DNA of 64,000 nucleotides from Candidatus Nomurabacteria bacterium (GCA_020639315.1 JACKGM010000002.1:158321-222320), one strand, 5' to 3'. Shown: positions 8,410 to 17,678, counted from the first letter of the stretch. Made by a program: numbers and translations. Notes: generated from the sequence alone by a model not told the origin.

Positions 8410-9843
8410 ATGAGCGAAACGACAACAGAAACTACCAAGGACATTGATAATCCTACCCGTCAACATCTACTTGAATTGGTTCAAAATTTACAAAAATCTA
8501 TTGCTATGACTGATCCTCCAGTACCCTTTAAGGAGCAAGGACTAGCGGATATCGCTTCAGAGAATGATAAATTAGAATATCAACTTGAGTACCTCGAGAA
8601 ACTTCGTCAATGTGTCCAAGCAGCCCTGTGGCTGGCACTGATTGGTAAGCTCAAGAGGCCAGAAGATATAGGAGATAAAAGTAATACAATACTATCATCT
8701 GTAGTATTATCTGCCCATCAACTTGCCCATTTTATTCAATTCAAACCTGATAGAGTGCAAAGATTTTCTATTGACCCTCAATCTTTCGCTGATCTCGAGA
8801 CACGCCAAAGGTTTACTGCATTGCAAGAAGCGGTACAAGCAGCAGTAGACAACTCCCCAGAGTCTCCCGAGACTGAGGTGATGAGATACCTACTAGAGTT
8901 AGACCCTCACAGTCCTGAATCATTAGATCCAACTCCCAAGTGGTTTGGTGAGTTCCTTAATCAACACCCAGAGCTAGCAAGCCTGGATCCCATATACTGC
9001 GCAGCCATATTAACCAATGCTGCAAAGTATCAAGAGGCAATTGATTCTATCAAGGGTAGCCAGAACCTTACCGTAGGTCAGAAGCGGAAAATCATAAATA
9101 AAATCTCGACAATTCAATTAACTAATCCTAGTATACCCCCAGAAGATGTATCTACTCAGATCCGTGAGCTTGTACACTTAAATTCTTCTGATCAGGATTT
9201 GCTAATAGCCAAGATCCTTGTCAACCGAGCCTCAAATGACCCCAGCATCTCCATAGAAAATGTATCTACTCAGATCCGTGGGCTTGTACACTTAAATTCT
9301 TTTGATCAGGATTTGCAAATAACCGAGATCCTTGTCAACCGAGCCTCAAATGACCCCAGCATCTCCATAGAAAATGTATCTACTCAGATCCGTGGGCTTA
9401 AAGAGTTAACTCCTGGGAAGCAGGATTTGCAAATAGCCAGGATCCTTATCAACCGAGCCTCAAATGACCTCAGCATCTCCATAGAAGATGTATCTACTCA
9501 GATCCGTGGGCTTAAAAAGTTAACTCCTGAGAGGCAGGATTTGCAAATAGCCAGGATCCTTATCAACCGAGCCTCAAATGACCTCAGCATCTCCATAGAA
9601 GATGTATCTGATCAGATCGATCAGCTTGAAGGCTTAGATGATCAATATAAAGATTGGCCAATAATCGAGATTAATGAAAATCGAGCCGCGAGGAATCTTA
9701 ATACAAAGATTACAGACATAGATCCCAATAATAGGTATTTCTTCTTAGATTATGTCCTTAGCAACCTTTATGATAATCCGCCTGCCTTACAACAATTATT
9801 GCTTGAGTATACCGGCATTAGTGAGGTATCTGTTTCCCAATAG
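8410..9843 (+). CDS. hypothetical protein with five 38-aa tandem repeats
   Basis: Good RBS (AAAGGAGA). Repeats (P/L)SISIE(N/D)VSTQIRGL...QDLQIA(R/E)IL(V/I)NRASND at roughly nt 9130-9640. No known domain recognised. Confidence 0.55.
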   Translation: MSETTTETTKDIDNPTRQHLLELVQNLQKSIAMTDPPVPFKEQGLADIASENDKLEYQLEYLEKLRQCVQAALWLALIGKLKRPEDIGDKSNTILSSVVLSAHQLAHFIQFKPDRVQRFSIDPQSFADLETRQRFTALQEAVQAAVDNSPESPETEVMRYLLELDPHSPESLDPTPKWFGEFLNQHPELASLDPIYCAAILTNAAKYQEAIDSIKGSQNLTVGQKRKIINKISTIQLTNPSIPPEDVSTQIRELVHLNSSDQDLLIAKILVNRASNDPSISIENVSTQIRGLVHLNSFDQDLQITEILVNRASNDPSISIENVSTQIRGLKELTPGKQDLQIARILINRASNDLSISIEDVSTQIRGLKKLTPERQDLQIARILINRASNDLSISIEDVSDQIDQLEGLDDQYKDWPIIEINENRAARNLNTKITDIDPNNRYFFLDYVLSNLYDNPPALQQLLLEYTGISEVSVSQ

Positions 9844-9875
9844 ACTCGTTCAATCAGTTTTCTGGCACAATAATT

Positions 9876-10031
9876 AACCCTATTGTCATATAGCAAGTTA
9901 AAAACTGATGATTTTTATTCTAGAGTATCAAAACATGACAAAGCATAACAGGAGTTACGCTGCGAAGTGTTTTGCTAGTCTGGGGCAAAAATGGCAGTTT
10001 TGAAGCCGTGAGGTTATATGGCAACAGGGTT
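9876..10031 (+). mobile_element. MITE-B copy (156 bp) with an altered 5' arm
   Basis: The 3' two-thirds are near-identical to other copies. Flanked by ATT/ATT. The 5' arm carries TATAGCAAGTTAAAAAC, which resembles a MITE-A terminus. Confidence 0.7.
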
Positions 10032-10086
10032 ATTATCTATTTTGAGTTGTTGGCAACCGAGTTATTTTCTGCTTTAATCTAATGGT

Positions 10087-10647
10087 ATGACAAGTCATCT
10101 CAAGCTCGGAGTAATCGGATTATTTAGTAGTGGTAAGGACTACTTTTCTGACTATCTTACTGCCCACTACCCAGCTGATCACATATCTACTAGCCAAGCA
10201 TTAAGAGATTATACCCAAAGTCACGGATTAGGCAATCTCGATCGAGACAACCTAGCTATTATTGCTAACCAAACCCGTAAGCAAGAAGGCAATGATTATT
10301 TTGCCCGAGTAGCTTACGGCCTACTTGACCCCAAAAAGGAGATTTGGCTAGTCAGCGGTATGCGTACAATTGAAGAAATTGATTATTTGAAAGCCCAGGG
10401 GTTCAAGATTGTCCTGATCAACGCCAAGCCAGAGGTTAGATACCAAAGAGCGCTTAGACGGGGCAAAGTAGGAGAAGATATTAGCTTCTCCTACTTTAAA
10501 GAACAAGAAGATACCGAGCTATACTCCAGGCTTAGCACCTTTAGTCTGGCTAGAGTCTTAGAATCTTACGATTATTGTATTGACAATAATGGTGAGCTTG
10601 AGCAGTTTGAAAAATCGATTGAGGCTTTGATCGGTCGTCTTGATTGA
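10087..10647 (+). CDS. P-loop nucleotide-kinase-like protein (UPF0200/dephospho-CoA-kinase-like)
   Basis: GLFSSGKDY is a degenerate P-loop. VSGMRTIEEIDYL...LINAKPEVRYQRALRRGK...EQEDTEL resembles small archaeal/CPR kinase-like proteins. By-eye assignment. Confidence 0.45.
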   Translation: MTSHLKLGVIGLFSSGKDYFSDYLTAHYPADHISTSQALRDYTQSHGLGNLDRDNLAIIANQTRKQEGNDYFARVAYGLLDPKKEIWLVSGMRTIEEIDYLKAQGFKIVLINAKPEVRYQRALRRGKVGEDISFSYFKEQEDTELYSRLSTFSLARVLESYDYCIDNNGELEQFEKSIEALIGRLD

Positions 10648-10677
10648 TCAACCCAGTTATGCTTAAATATATAGATA

Positions 10678-12234
10678 GTGCAAAAGCAAAAATACAATCC
10701 ACTAGTGCTAATATACTCTGGAGTAATCTTGGCATTATTGGGTGGTCTAAATTTTATCCTATTGCTCAATAGGGAAGGACCACTGAGTATTATCGGGATC
10801 CTACTTCTGAGCTGGATCATGCTTGGGACTATTTATTATTGGTTTGTCTACCCCCGTACGCCAAACTACTTTGAGCTTAGTGGCTTCACCTTTTTTTGGA
10901 TTGGCTGGGGCATATTGGTGACCGACCTTCAAATCATTGATTTGAGTGACAATCAATATCTTCAACTAATTGCCTTGGGACTAGGGATTGCCCTCTACAG
11001 CACAGCTGGAGTCTACCTTGCCTGGCAGCTCAAGAAAAGCAACTGGTACCTAATGGCACTACGAAATCGGATCAATAGTGATGCTGTTTCTCAGGGGCTG
11101 GTAGTCAATTCAATTGCTGACGCAATCATTAGTGTCGATAATCAGCTCAATATTACCCTGATGAATCCAGCTGCCCAAAAGTTGACCGGCTGGGATCTCA
11201 ACCAAGCTAGAGGACTAAATATTGCTCAGATTCTGGTACTCTATGACCAATCAGGCAATCAATTACAGGAAGCATCGCCCTTCTATCAAGTACTGACCAC
11301 CGCCAAAGTAGTTCGAAACTCTGACCTCTACCTTTTTGATAAAACTCAGCAAAGAATTGACCTATCGATCTCGGCTGCTCCAAGCTTTGATACCGACAAA
11401 AATATCAATGGGGTGATTGCTATTATCCGTGATATTAGTGAGCAAAAAGCTACCGAAAGGGAGAAAGATGAGTTTATCTCCACTGCCTCCCACGAGATGC
11501 GTACACCAGTGACTGCGATTGAGGGCAACCTTTCTCTAGCCCTCAACCCCAAGCTCGCAACGATTGATGATCGAGCTCGCAAGTTCCTCGACAAAGCTCA
11601 TCAATCAGTTCTCCATCTGGGTAGTCTATTTAAGGATCTGCTTAGTACTACTCAGATTGATGACAATGCTTCAGTCGGCGAGCTGGAGACAGTTGATCTC
11701 AATAAGATCGTTCAGAAGGTTTTTGAAGAAATGCAAACCATTGCCCAATCCAAAGCAGTCCAGCTTAATTTTGACTTTGGAGGCAATGGCAACGAAAATG
11801 CCGTAGCCCCAATCTCACCGATCAAGGCCAACCCAGATAAAATCAATGAGGTGATCTCGAATCTTGTCGATAATGCTATCAAATTTAGCAATCACGGCCA
11901 TGTAACTATTCGAAGCAAAGTCACCCCTGATTACTGCTTGGTGGAAGTCGAAGATGATGGGATTGGGATTAGCCCCGAAGATCAAAAACATCTTTTTCAA
12001 AAATTTTATCGGGTCAACAATAGTTTTACTCGCGAAATTGGCGGAACAGGCTTGGGGCTATATATTGCTAGAAACATTATCGAAAAGTTTGGTGGTAGGA
12101 TCTGGGTTAGCTCGGTGCAAGCTCCCGATAGACATGGGACAATCTTTTCATTTTCTTTACCACTTGCCAAAGATCTCAATCAGGCAAAAGTACCAGAATA
12201 TCTCCAAAATAACCCAGGTAATGTGATAGAATAG
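10678..12234 (+). CDS. PAS-domain sensor histidine kinase
   Basis: N-terminal TM segments, a PAS-like region, H-box FISTASHEMRTPVTAI, and HATPase motifs DDGIGI...GGTGLGLYIARNI. GTG start. Confidence 0.9.
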   Translation: MQKQKYNPLVLIYSGVILALLGGLNFILLLNREGPLSIIGILLLSWIMLGTIYYWFVYPRTPNYFELSGFTFFWIGWGILVTDLQIIDLSDNQYLQLIALGLGIALYSTAGVYLAWQLKKSNWYLMALRNRINSDAVSQGLVVNSIADAIISVDNQLNITLMNPAAQKLTGWDLNQARGLNIAQILVLYDQSGNQLQEASPFYQVLTTAKVVRNSDLYLFDKTQQRIDLSISAAPSFDTDKNINGVIAIIRDISEQKATEREKDEFISTASHEMRTPVTAIEGNLSLALNPKLATIDDRARKFLDKAHQSVLHLGSLFKDLLSTTQIDDNASVGELETVDLNKIVQKVFEEMQTIAQSKAVQLNFDFGGNGNENAVAPISPIKANPDKINEVISNLVDNAIKFSNHGHVTIRSKVTPDYCLVEVEDDGIGISPEDQKHLFQKFYRVNNSFTREIGGTGLGLYIARNIIEKFGGRIWVSSVQAPDRHGTIFSFSLPLAKDLNQAKVPEYLQNNPGNVIE

Positions 12235-12276
12235 ACTTAAGACACAGTGATAGCTTAACTATACAAGGAGTAGATT

Positions 12277-12684
12277 ATGACAAAGGTTTTATTAGTAGAA
12301 GATGATATCAACTTACGAGATCTTTATTCAGCTAGGCTAAGTGCAGAAGATATAGAGGTCTTTGTAGCTAGCGACGGAGAAGAGGGGCTGACCATGGCTA
12401 CTAGTATTAAGCCTGATCTAATCATCCTCGATGTAATGATGCCCAAGATCTCAGGCTTTGATGTGCTAGATATCCTCAGACAAACTCCGGGACTCGAACA
12501 AGTCAAGGTAATCATGATGACCGCTCTAAGCTCCGAACAAGACCGTCAGAGAGGAGATCGACTCGGAGTATCAGCCTATCTGGTCAAGTCTCAAGTAACC
12601 TTAGAGGATGTGGTAGAAACAGCGATGGGGGTACTCAATAACTCGATTAATGGCATCCAACCTTCGGCCTTCACTCAGGGTTAA
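12277..12684 (+). CDS. response regulator, receiver domain only (CheY-like)
   Basis: VLLVEDD...DLIILDVMMPKISGFDVL...MMTAL...KS; no output domain. Confidence 0.9.
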   Translation: MTKVLLVEDDINLRDLYSARLSAEDIEVFVASDGEEGLTMATSIKPDLIILDVMMPKISGFDVLDILRQTPGLEQVKVIMMTALSSEQDRQRGDRLGVSAYLVKSQVTLEDVVETAMGVLNNSINGIQPSAFTQG

Positions 12685-12685
12685 T

Positions 12686-12846
12686 GACCCTGATACTATA
12701 TAAACTTGTGAGGTCAAAATTGATGATTTTTATTCCAGGGTATCAGAACAGGACAAAGCATAATAGATATTATGTTGCGGAGTGTTTTGTTAGTCTGGGG
12801 CAAAAAAGGCAGTTTTGAAGCCGTGAGGTTATATAGCATCAGGGTC
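12686..12846 (+). mobile_element. MITE-B copy (161 bp), diverged
   Basis: Colinear with the other copies but with many substitutions. It fills the whole intergenic gap and contains both candidate start codons of the next gene. Confidence 0.7.
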
Positions 12847-13533
12847 AACAAAGCACTTGTCGAGCTGGGCTTTGCTAGCTCTCGGCGTAAGGCTGATCAG
12901 CTAATTTCTCTAGGTAAGATCAAGATCAATGGCAAACTAGCTCAGACTACTAGCCAAGTATCTGGTGGTGATACAATAGAAGCTCAAAATATGACAGTGA
13001 CCTACCAGCCAAGCTTACCTAGTAATCAGCTAATCTTACTAAATAAACCCAAGGGTTATCTTTCTAGTCATCTTAGCCAAGATGCTCCCACCATTTTTGA
13101 ATTATTACCAGACAAGTACCATAGCTACAAAATTGCTGGCAGGCTCGACAAGGACAGTAGGGGATTAATGCTTATCAGTAATAATGGTCAATTGATCCAG
13201 CAACTCAGCCACCCAAGTAGTCACAAATCAAAGTATTATCGAATCACGCTTGATCGTCAGATCAAAGATTTTGGCTTTGTCGCCAAGCAATTCAAGTCTG
13301 GCATGACCATTGATGGTCAGATCTATCGAGCTCAAGCGATCAAGCTGATCAGGCCAGATATAGTAGAAATAATCTTGATCTCCGGCAAGAATCGTCAAAT
13401 CCGTAAAATGTTTAAAGCAATGGGTTACCAAGTGATTGATCTAATCCGAACAAAGATTGGTGATTACCAGCTTGGTGACTTAGAGGAAGGTCAGTATCAA
13501 ATTGTCCAAATAGCCACGAAAGAGCCGCAATAG
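12772..13533 (+). CDS. RsuA/RluB-family rRNA pseudouridine synthase (S4 domain + catalytic domain)
   Basis: S4-like NKALVELGFASSRRKADQLI and the catalytic motif GRLDKDSRGLMLISN. Start uncertain (ATG 12772 or GTG 12823); both lie inside MITE-B. Confidence 0.85.
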   Translation: MLRSVLLVWGKKGSFEAVRLYSIRVNKALVELGFASSRRKADQLISLGKIKINGKLAQTTSQVSGGDTIEAQNMTVTYQPSLPSNQLILLNKPKGYLSSHLSQDAPTIFELLPDKYHSYKIAGRLDKDSRGLMLISNNGQLIQQLSHPSSHKSKYYRITLDRQIKDFGFVAKQFKSGMTIDGQIYRAQAIKLIRPDIVEIILISGKNRQIRKMFKAMGYQVIDLIRTKIGDYQLGDLEEGQYQIVQIATKEPQ

Positions 13534-14393
13534 TGATTGAGCTAATTTTTAATATCATATTTCTTGGATTTTCGTTGGTAAATCCGCATCTAGATTATGC
13601 CGTTGGTTTTAAATCTAGCAAGTTTGAGATCGATGCCTTGAGATCGGTCCAGCAAGATTTTAGCTTACCCGAGCTCAGTGCCAAACAGTTTGAACTCTAT
13701 CAACTCGATACTGATACAGTGATCTCTAATATCAATCAGCAATCAAAACTACCAATCGCTTCATTGACCAAGCTAATGACAGCACTAATCATTATCTCTG
13801 AAAACCAACCGACTGAGGAGATTACCACCCAAATCCTTGATTTACCCAATGGCTATCAGAGCAATTACTTATCAACTAGCTCAAAAATAGATGTCCAAAG
13901 CCTACTAGAACTTCTACTAATCAGTTCTGACAATCAAGCAGCTCTCAATCTAGCACTATTCAATGCCGGATCGATCAATGGCTTTGTCGATAAAATGAAT
14001 TGGTATGCTACAAACCTTGGGATGAACAATACTCAGTTTGCCAATCCTTATGGACAGGACGACCCCAATAATTATTCTACATCTGAGGATCTCATTATAC
14101 TGACCAAATTGGTTTTGGCCCAGCCAATTCTATCAGGCATTGTTGGAACTACCAATCAATCTATCAGCTATGGGGGGCAAGATTTTGAACTAATTAGTAC
14201 CAATAAGTTGCTTCCTAGGCCTGATGTTCATGGTGTCAAGACTGGCACTGAGACCTTGGCTGGGCAGTGTCTAATCGTGCTTTATCAAAACTCAGCTGGT
14301 AGTTTCCTAATCACCATCCTGGGCTCTGACGACCGGTACCAAGATGCAACCTCAGTAATCGAACAATTGCAAGTACTAAGCGCTAGTGACTAG
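13533..14393 (+). CDS. serine-type D-Ala-D-Ala carboxypeptidase (peptidase S11, PBP5-like)
   Basis: SxxK (ASLTK), SxN (SSDN) and KTG (VKTGTE) motifs in the correct order. Confidence 0.8.
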   Translation: MIELIFNIIFLGFSLVNPHLDYAVGFKSSKFEIDALRSVQQDFSLPELSAKQFELYQLDTDTVISNINQQSKLPIASLTKLMTALIIISENQPTEEITTQILDLPNGYQSNYLSTSSKIDVQSLLELLLISSDNQAALNLALFNAGSINGFVDKMNWYATNLGMNNTQFANPYGQDDPNNYSTSEDLIILTKLVLAQPILSGIVGTTNQSISYGGQDFELISTNKLLPRPDVHGVKTGTETLAGQCLIVLYQNSAGSFLITILGSDDRYQDATSVIEQLQVLSASD

Positions 14394-14407
14394 CACAGGG
14401 AGTATTG

Positions 14408-14506
14408 GTCATCCCCCGAAACCCGTCCCTCTCTTGTCATCCTCCGAAACCCACCCCTCTCCTGTCATCCTCCGAAGTTCGAAGAACTTACGGGGGATCC
14501 AGTGTT
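14408..14506 (+). repeat. REP-like cluster C (2 half units + 1 full unit)
   Basis: GTCATCCCCCGAAACCC..., TGTCATCCTCCGAAACCC..., TGTCATCCTCCGAAGTTCgaaGAACTTACGGGGGATCCAGTGTT. Confidence 0.9.
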
Positions 14507-14518
14507 TCACAAACAAGT

Positions 14519-15591
14519 CCCATAGTTCCAATATCAAATGCAACCGTTAGAATAATACATACAATTAAACGAAAGGATTGCATGAGTCACCTAACGGCTG
14601 CAGAACGGGGTAAGATAGAAGTCTTACTCCAAGACAATTATACAAATAATCAAATAGCAAAGCGAATTGGTAAAGATAAATCTACTATAGGTAGAGAGAT
14701 CAAAAGAGGGCTTGATGGTAAAGGTATCTATCATACCTGGATAGCTCAATCTAGCTATGAAGAGAACCGACAAGAATCTAGACAGATACCAATCTTAGAT
14801 AACCCAGTTAATCATCGTTTACGCAGTCGAGTAGTAGACTGCCTACAGAAGGGCTGGAATCCAGTAACTATCTCAGGTAGATTAAAGAAAGAAGGACACC
14901 CATCAGTCTCTGCTGAAACTATCTATAACTGGATATATACTAGCTCTTGGGCTAAAGAGGAAAAGCTCTATCAATATCTTAGACAAGGCAAGAAAAAGAG
15001 AACCAAGAATCAAGGTAGGTCATCTCATAGGTCTAAGATACCAAATCGAGTATCTATCCATAAAAGACCAGAAGTTGTAAATCAAAGAACCAGACTAGGA
15101 GATTGGGAGGGTGATAGTGTCTTATACCTACATAAACAAGCTATTAACACTGTAAACGAGAGAATTAGTAGTTTAGTAGTATTTACTAAACTAGACCGTA
15201 AGACAGCAGAGGAGACAGCCAATGCAGTAATAGACGGGCTTAGAGGTCTTGTTGCCCATACCATCACCTTTGATAATGGTACTGAATTCACTAAACACGA
15301 GAGAATCACAGAAGCTATTGGTATAGAGGTATACTTTGCTGATCCATATAGCTCTTGGCAGAGAGGAGCTAACGAGAATATCAACGGACAACTTAGGGCG
15401 TATCTCCCTAAGCGTAGTGATATTAGGGGACTAACCCAACAAGAGCTAGATGATATAGCCTGGGAGCTTAATAACAAGCCTAGAAAAAGACTAGGGTGGC
15501 ATACACCTCAAGAGGTTTACGATTGGCTTGCTTCTAACCCTAATAGTGAGTTAGACTTAGCTAAGGTTGCATTTGGAAATAGAATCTAGGG
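14519..15591 (+). mobile_element. IS30-family insertion sequence, copy 1 (1073 bp)
   Basis: Reads as the same sequence as 25417-26489 by eye, and the sense and antisense ORF translations are identical. Imperfect terminal IRs CCCATAGTTCCAATATCAAATGCAACCGTTAG / CTAAGGTTGCATTTGGAAATAGAATCTAGGG. Confidence 0.9.
14582..15589 (+). CDS. IS30-family DDE transposase
   Basis: 335 aa. HTH N-terminus, DWEGD, DNGTEF and SWQRGANENINGQLRAYLPK motifs. Start taken from the identical copy 2; the ORF-track start at 14405 runs through REP repeats. Confidence 0.9.
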   Translation: MSHLTAAERGKIEVLLQDNYTNNQIAKRIGKDKSTIGREIKRGLDGKGIYHTWIAQSSYEENRQESRQIPILDNPVNHRLRSRVVDCLQKGWNPVTISGRLKKEGHPSVSAETIYNWIYTSSWAKEEKLYQYLRQGKKKRTKNQGRSSHRSKIPNRVSIHKRPEVVNQRTRLGDWEGDSVLYLHKQAINTVNERISSLVVFTKLDRKTAEETANAVIDGLRGLVAHTITFDNGTEFTKHERITEAIGIEVYFADPYSSWQRGANENINGQLRAYLPKRSDIRGLTQQELDDIAWELNNKPRKRLGWHTPQEVYDWLASNPNSELDLAKVAFGNRI

Positions 15592-15631
15592 TCTAAGAGT
15601 TTTACGCCTTAGCATGCTATAATCCTAAGGT

Positions 15632-16939
15632 ATGCAACAAGCAACCTTTAGTATCTTTGGTCGAACCAATGTCGGCAAATCCACCCTATTCAACCACTTG
15701 ATTGGTCGACGCCTGGCAATCGAATCCGACTACCTCAATACCACCCGTGACCCGATTAGACAAACTGTCACATTCGATCAGCAAAATTGGCAAATCGTCG
15801 ATACGCCTGGCCTCGATAAGACTGATGATGCTCTTGCCAGACTAGCGATGGATCAAATCGACCACCTAATAGATGAAAGTGATGTATCAGCTCTAGTAGT
15901 TGATGGGACAGTAGAAGCTAGCGAGCTAGACATCAGCCTCGCTAGACGCCTTAGACGAAGTGGCAAACCTGTAATTTTACTAGTCAACAAGGCTGATATT
16001 ACGAGCAAGTTTCTTGGGCTAGCAAACTATCAAAAGCTTGGGATTAGAGAAATGATCCCAATTTCCTCGATCCACAATATTGGCATAGATCAGATTAGGT
16101 CAGCTCTCTCCCAATACTATTCTTCTAGTAATCAAGCTGACAACTTTGACCCAGAATTAAGCATTAGTCTAGTCGGCAAGCCAAATGTCGGCAAATCCTC
16201 ACTACTCAATGCCTTGTCCAGGCATCAGGTCAGTCTAGTATCTGAGATAGCAGGCACTACCAGAGATCAAGTCTCAGCCAACTGGCAAGTGGATGATCAG
16301 ACCATCAATCTGGTCGATACTGCCGGAATTAGAAAAAATGGCAAAGTTAGCAAACAGATTGAGAAACTATCTCTTCTAAGAACCAAGAAGGCGATCGAGC
16401 AGTCTGAAATCTGTCTACTTGTCCTCGATGCCGAATTGCCTGATGGGCATCTTGACCAGAAGATAGCCGGGATGATTGATCAAGCTGGCAAAGGGCTAAT
16501 CATCATTATCAATAAGTGGGACAAGATTGACGACACAGAACAAGAAGTATTCAAGCAAACAATTGCAAAATCTTTCCAATTCATCTGGTGGGCTCCGATT
16601 GTCTTTGTCTCTGCCAAGACTGGATCTGGCCTCAATCAACTAGCTGATTTAGTAAAAATTGTTGAAGCCAATATTCACCAGCCCAAGAGTATCAAACAAA
16701 TTGATAGGATCCTCAATCAAGCTTTTCAAAAACATCCAGCAAAAACGATCAAAGATCATAAGACTGTCAAATTTAGTAATGCCAAGGTTGTTGACAACCT
16801 GCCGCTGACAATTCAACTCTATGGTCGAGATATTAGTCAGCTACATTTTTCTTATCTAAGATATCTAGAAAATCAGCTTAGAGATCGACTAGAGATGACT
16901 GGTGTTCCGATCAAGATTATCAATCATCCAGCTCGATGA
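15632..16939 (+). CDS. der: ribosome-associated GTPase Der/EngA
   Basis: Two G domains (GRTNVGKST, DTPG, NKAD; GKPNVGKSS, DTAG, NKWD) and a KH-like C-terminus. Confidence 0.95.
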   Translation: MQQATFSIFGRTNVGKSTLFNHLIGRRLAIESDYLNTTRDPIRQTVTFDQQNWQIVDTPGLDKTDDALARLAMDQIDHLIDESDVSALVVDGTVEASELDISLARRLRRSGKPVILLVNKADITSKFLGLANYQKLGIREMIPISSIHNIGIDQIRSALSQYYSSSNQADNFDPELSISLVGKPNVGKSSLLNALSRHQVSLVSEIAGTTRDQVSANWQVDDQTINLVDTAGIRKNGKVSKQIEKLSLLRTKKAIEQSEICLLVLDAELPDGHLDQKIAGMIDQAGKGLIIIINKWDKIDDTEQEVFKQTIAKSFQFIWWAPIVFVSAKTGSGLNQLADLVKIVEANIHQPKSIKQIDRILNQAFQKHPAKTIKDHKTVKFSNAKVVDNLPLTIQLYGRDISQLHFSYLRYLENQLRDRLEMTGVPIKIINHPAR

Positions 16940-17481
16940 CCAGACTAATCGTTGGGCTAGGCAATCCTGGTAAACAATATCAATTTAGCCGTCACAATCT
17001 GGGCTGGATGGTGCTTGATCAGCTTGCGACAGACCTAAACCTCCAATGGTCCACTCATAAATACAGCTTGACTAGCAAAAGCCCTGATCTTATTCTGGCC
17101 AAGCCCACTACTTATATGAACCTTAGTGGTCAGGCAGTCCAAAAACTTAAAGCCTTTTACAAGCTTGACAATCAGGCGATCACCATTGTCTATGATGACT
17201 ATGCTATAGACTTTGGTGATCTTAGGATCCGTCACTCCGGAAGTGATGCCGGACATAATGGCCTAAAATCCGTGATTCAAGCAATCGGAGAAGACTTTTG
17301 GCGCTACCGGATAGGGATTGGTCCCAAGCCTGAATATCAGCCGACTAGAGATTTTGTCCTGGCTAACTTTTCAGACAATGAAGTTTCCAGCTTGGGTTCA
17401 ATTATTCCAGCTACAGCGAAATACTTACTTGACACGGCTCAACCAGCCGATACTACCCTTCGAATACTGGATTTACCATAA
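16936..17481 (+). CDS. pth: peptidyl-tRNA hydrolase
   Basis: LIVGLGNPGKQYQFSRHNLGW...GHNGLKS. ATGA overlap with der. The last 6 codons and the stop lie in a REP-like unit. Confidence 0.95.
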   Translation: MTRLIVGLGNPGKQYQFSRHNLGWMVLDQLATDLNLQWSTHKYSLTSKSPDLILAKPTTYMNLSGQAVQKLKAFYKLDNQAITIVYDDYAIDFGDLRIRHSGSDAGHNGLKSVIQAIGEDFWRYRIGIGPKPEYQPTRDFVLANFSDNEVSSLGSIIPATAKYLLDTAQPADTTLRILDLP

Positions 17482-17678
17482 TTTCCTAGAGGAAATTTGG
17501 GAGATGACACGGAGAGGGAAGCGGAATTTTGGAAGATGACAGGAGGGCATTGTCATCCTCCGAAACCCGTCCCTTGTCTTGTCATCCTCCGAAACCCGTC
17601 CCTTGTCTTGTCATCCTCCGAAACCCGTCCCTTGTCTTGTCATCCTCCGAAACCCGAAGGGTTTACGGGGGATCCAGT
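17463..17678. repeat. REP-like cluster D (reverse full + reverse half, three perfect 29-bp half units, one full unit cut by MITE-B)
   Basis: AATACTGGATTTACC...GAGATGAC; ...GGAAGATGAC; 3x TGTCATCCTCCGAAACCCGTCCCTTGTCT (starts 17551, 17580, 17609); full unit from 17638. Confidence 0.9.

Noticed and set aside
14405-14581. A 394-aa version of the IS30 transposase starting at 14405.
   Set aside because: The extension runs through REP-like repeats outside the IS boundary (14519). The identical copy 2 starts at the ATG that corresponds to 14582.
17551-17637. Possible CRISPR array, given regularly spaced TGTCATCCTCCGAA repeats with a 29-bp period (also at 8048-8133 and 14408-14462).
   Set aside because: The units are contiguous with no unique spacers. 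The conserved part is only about 14-16 nt, and the variable tails are 13-16 nt of C/T-rich sequence. The three units here are fully identical, and no cas genes are nearby. This fits tandem half units of the REP-like family better.
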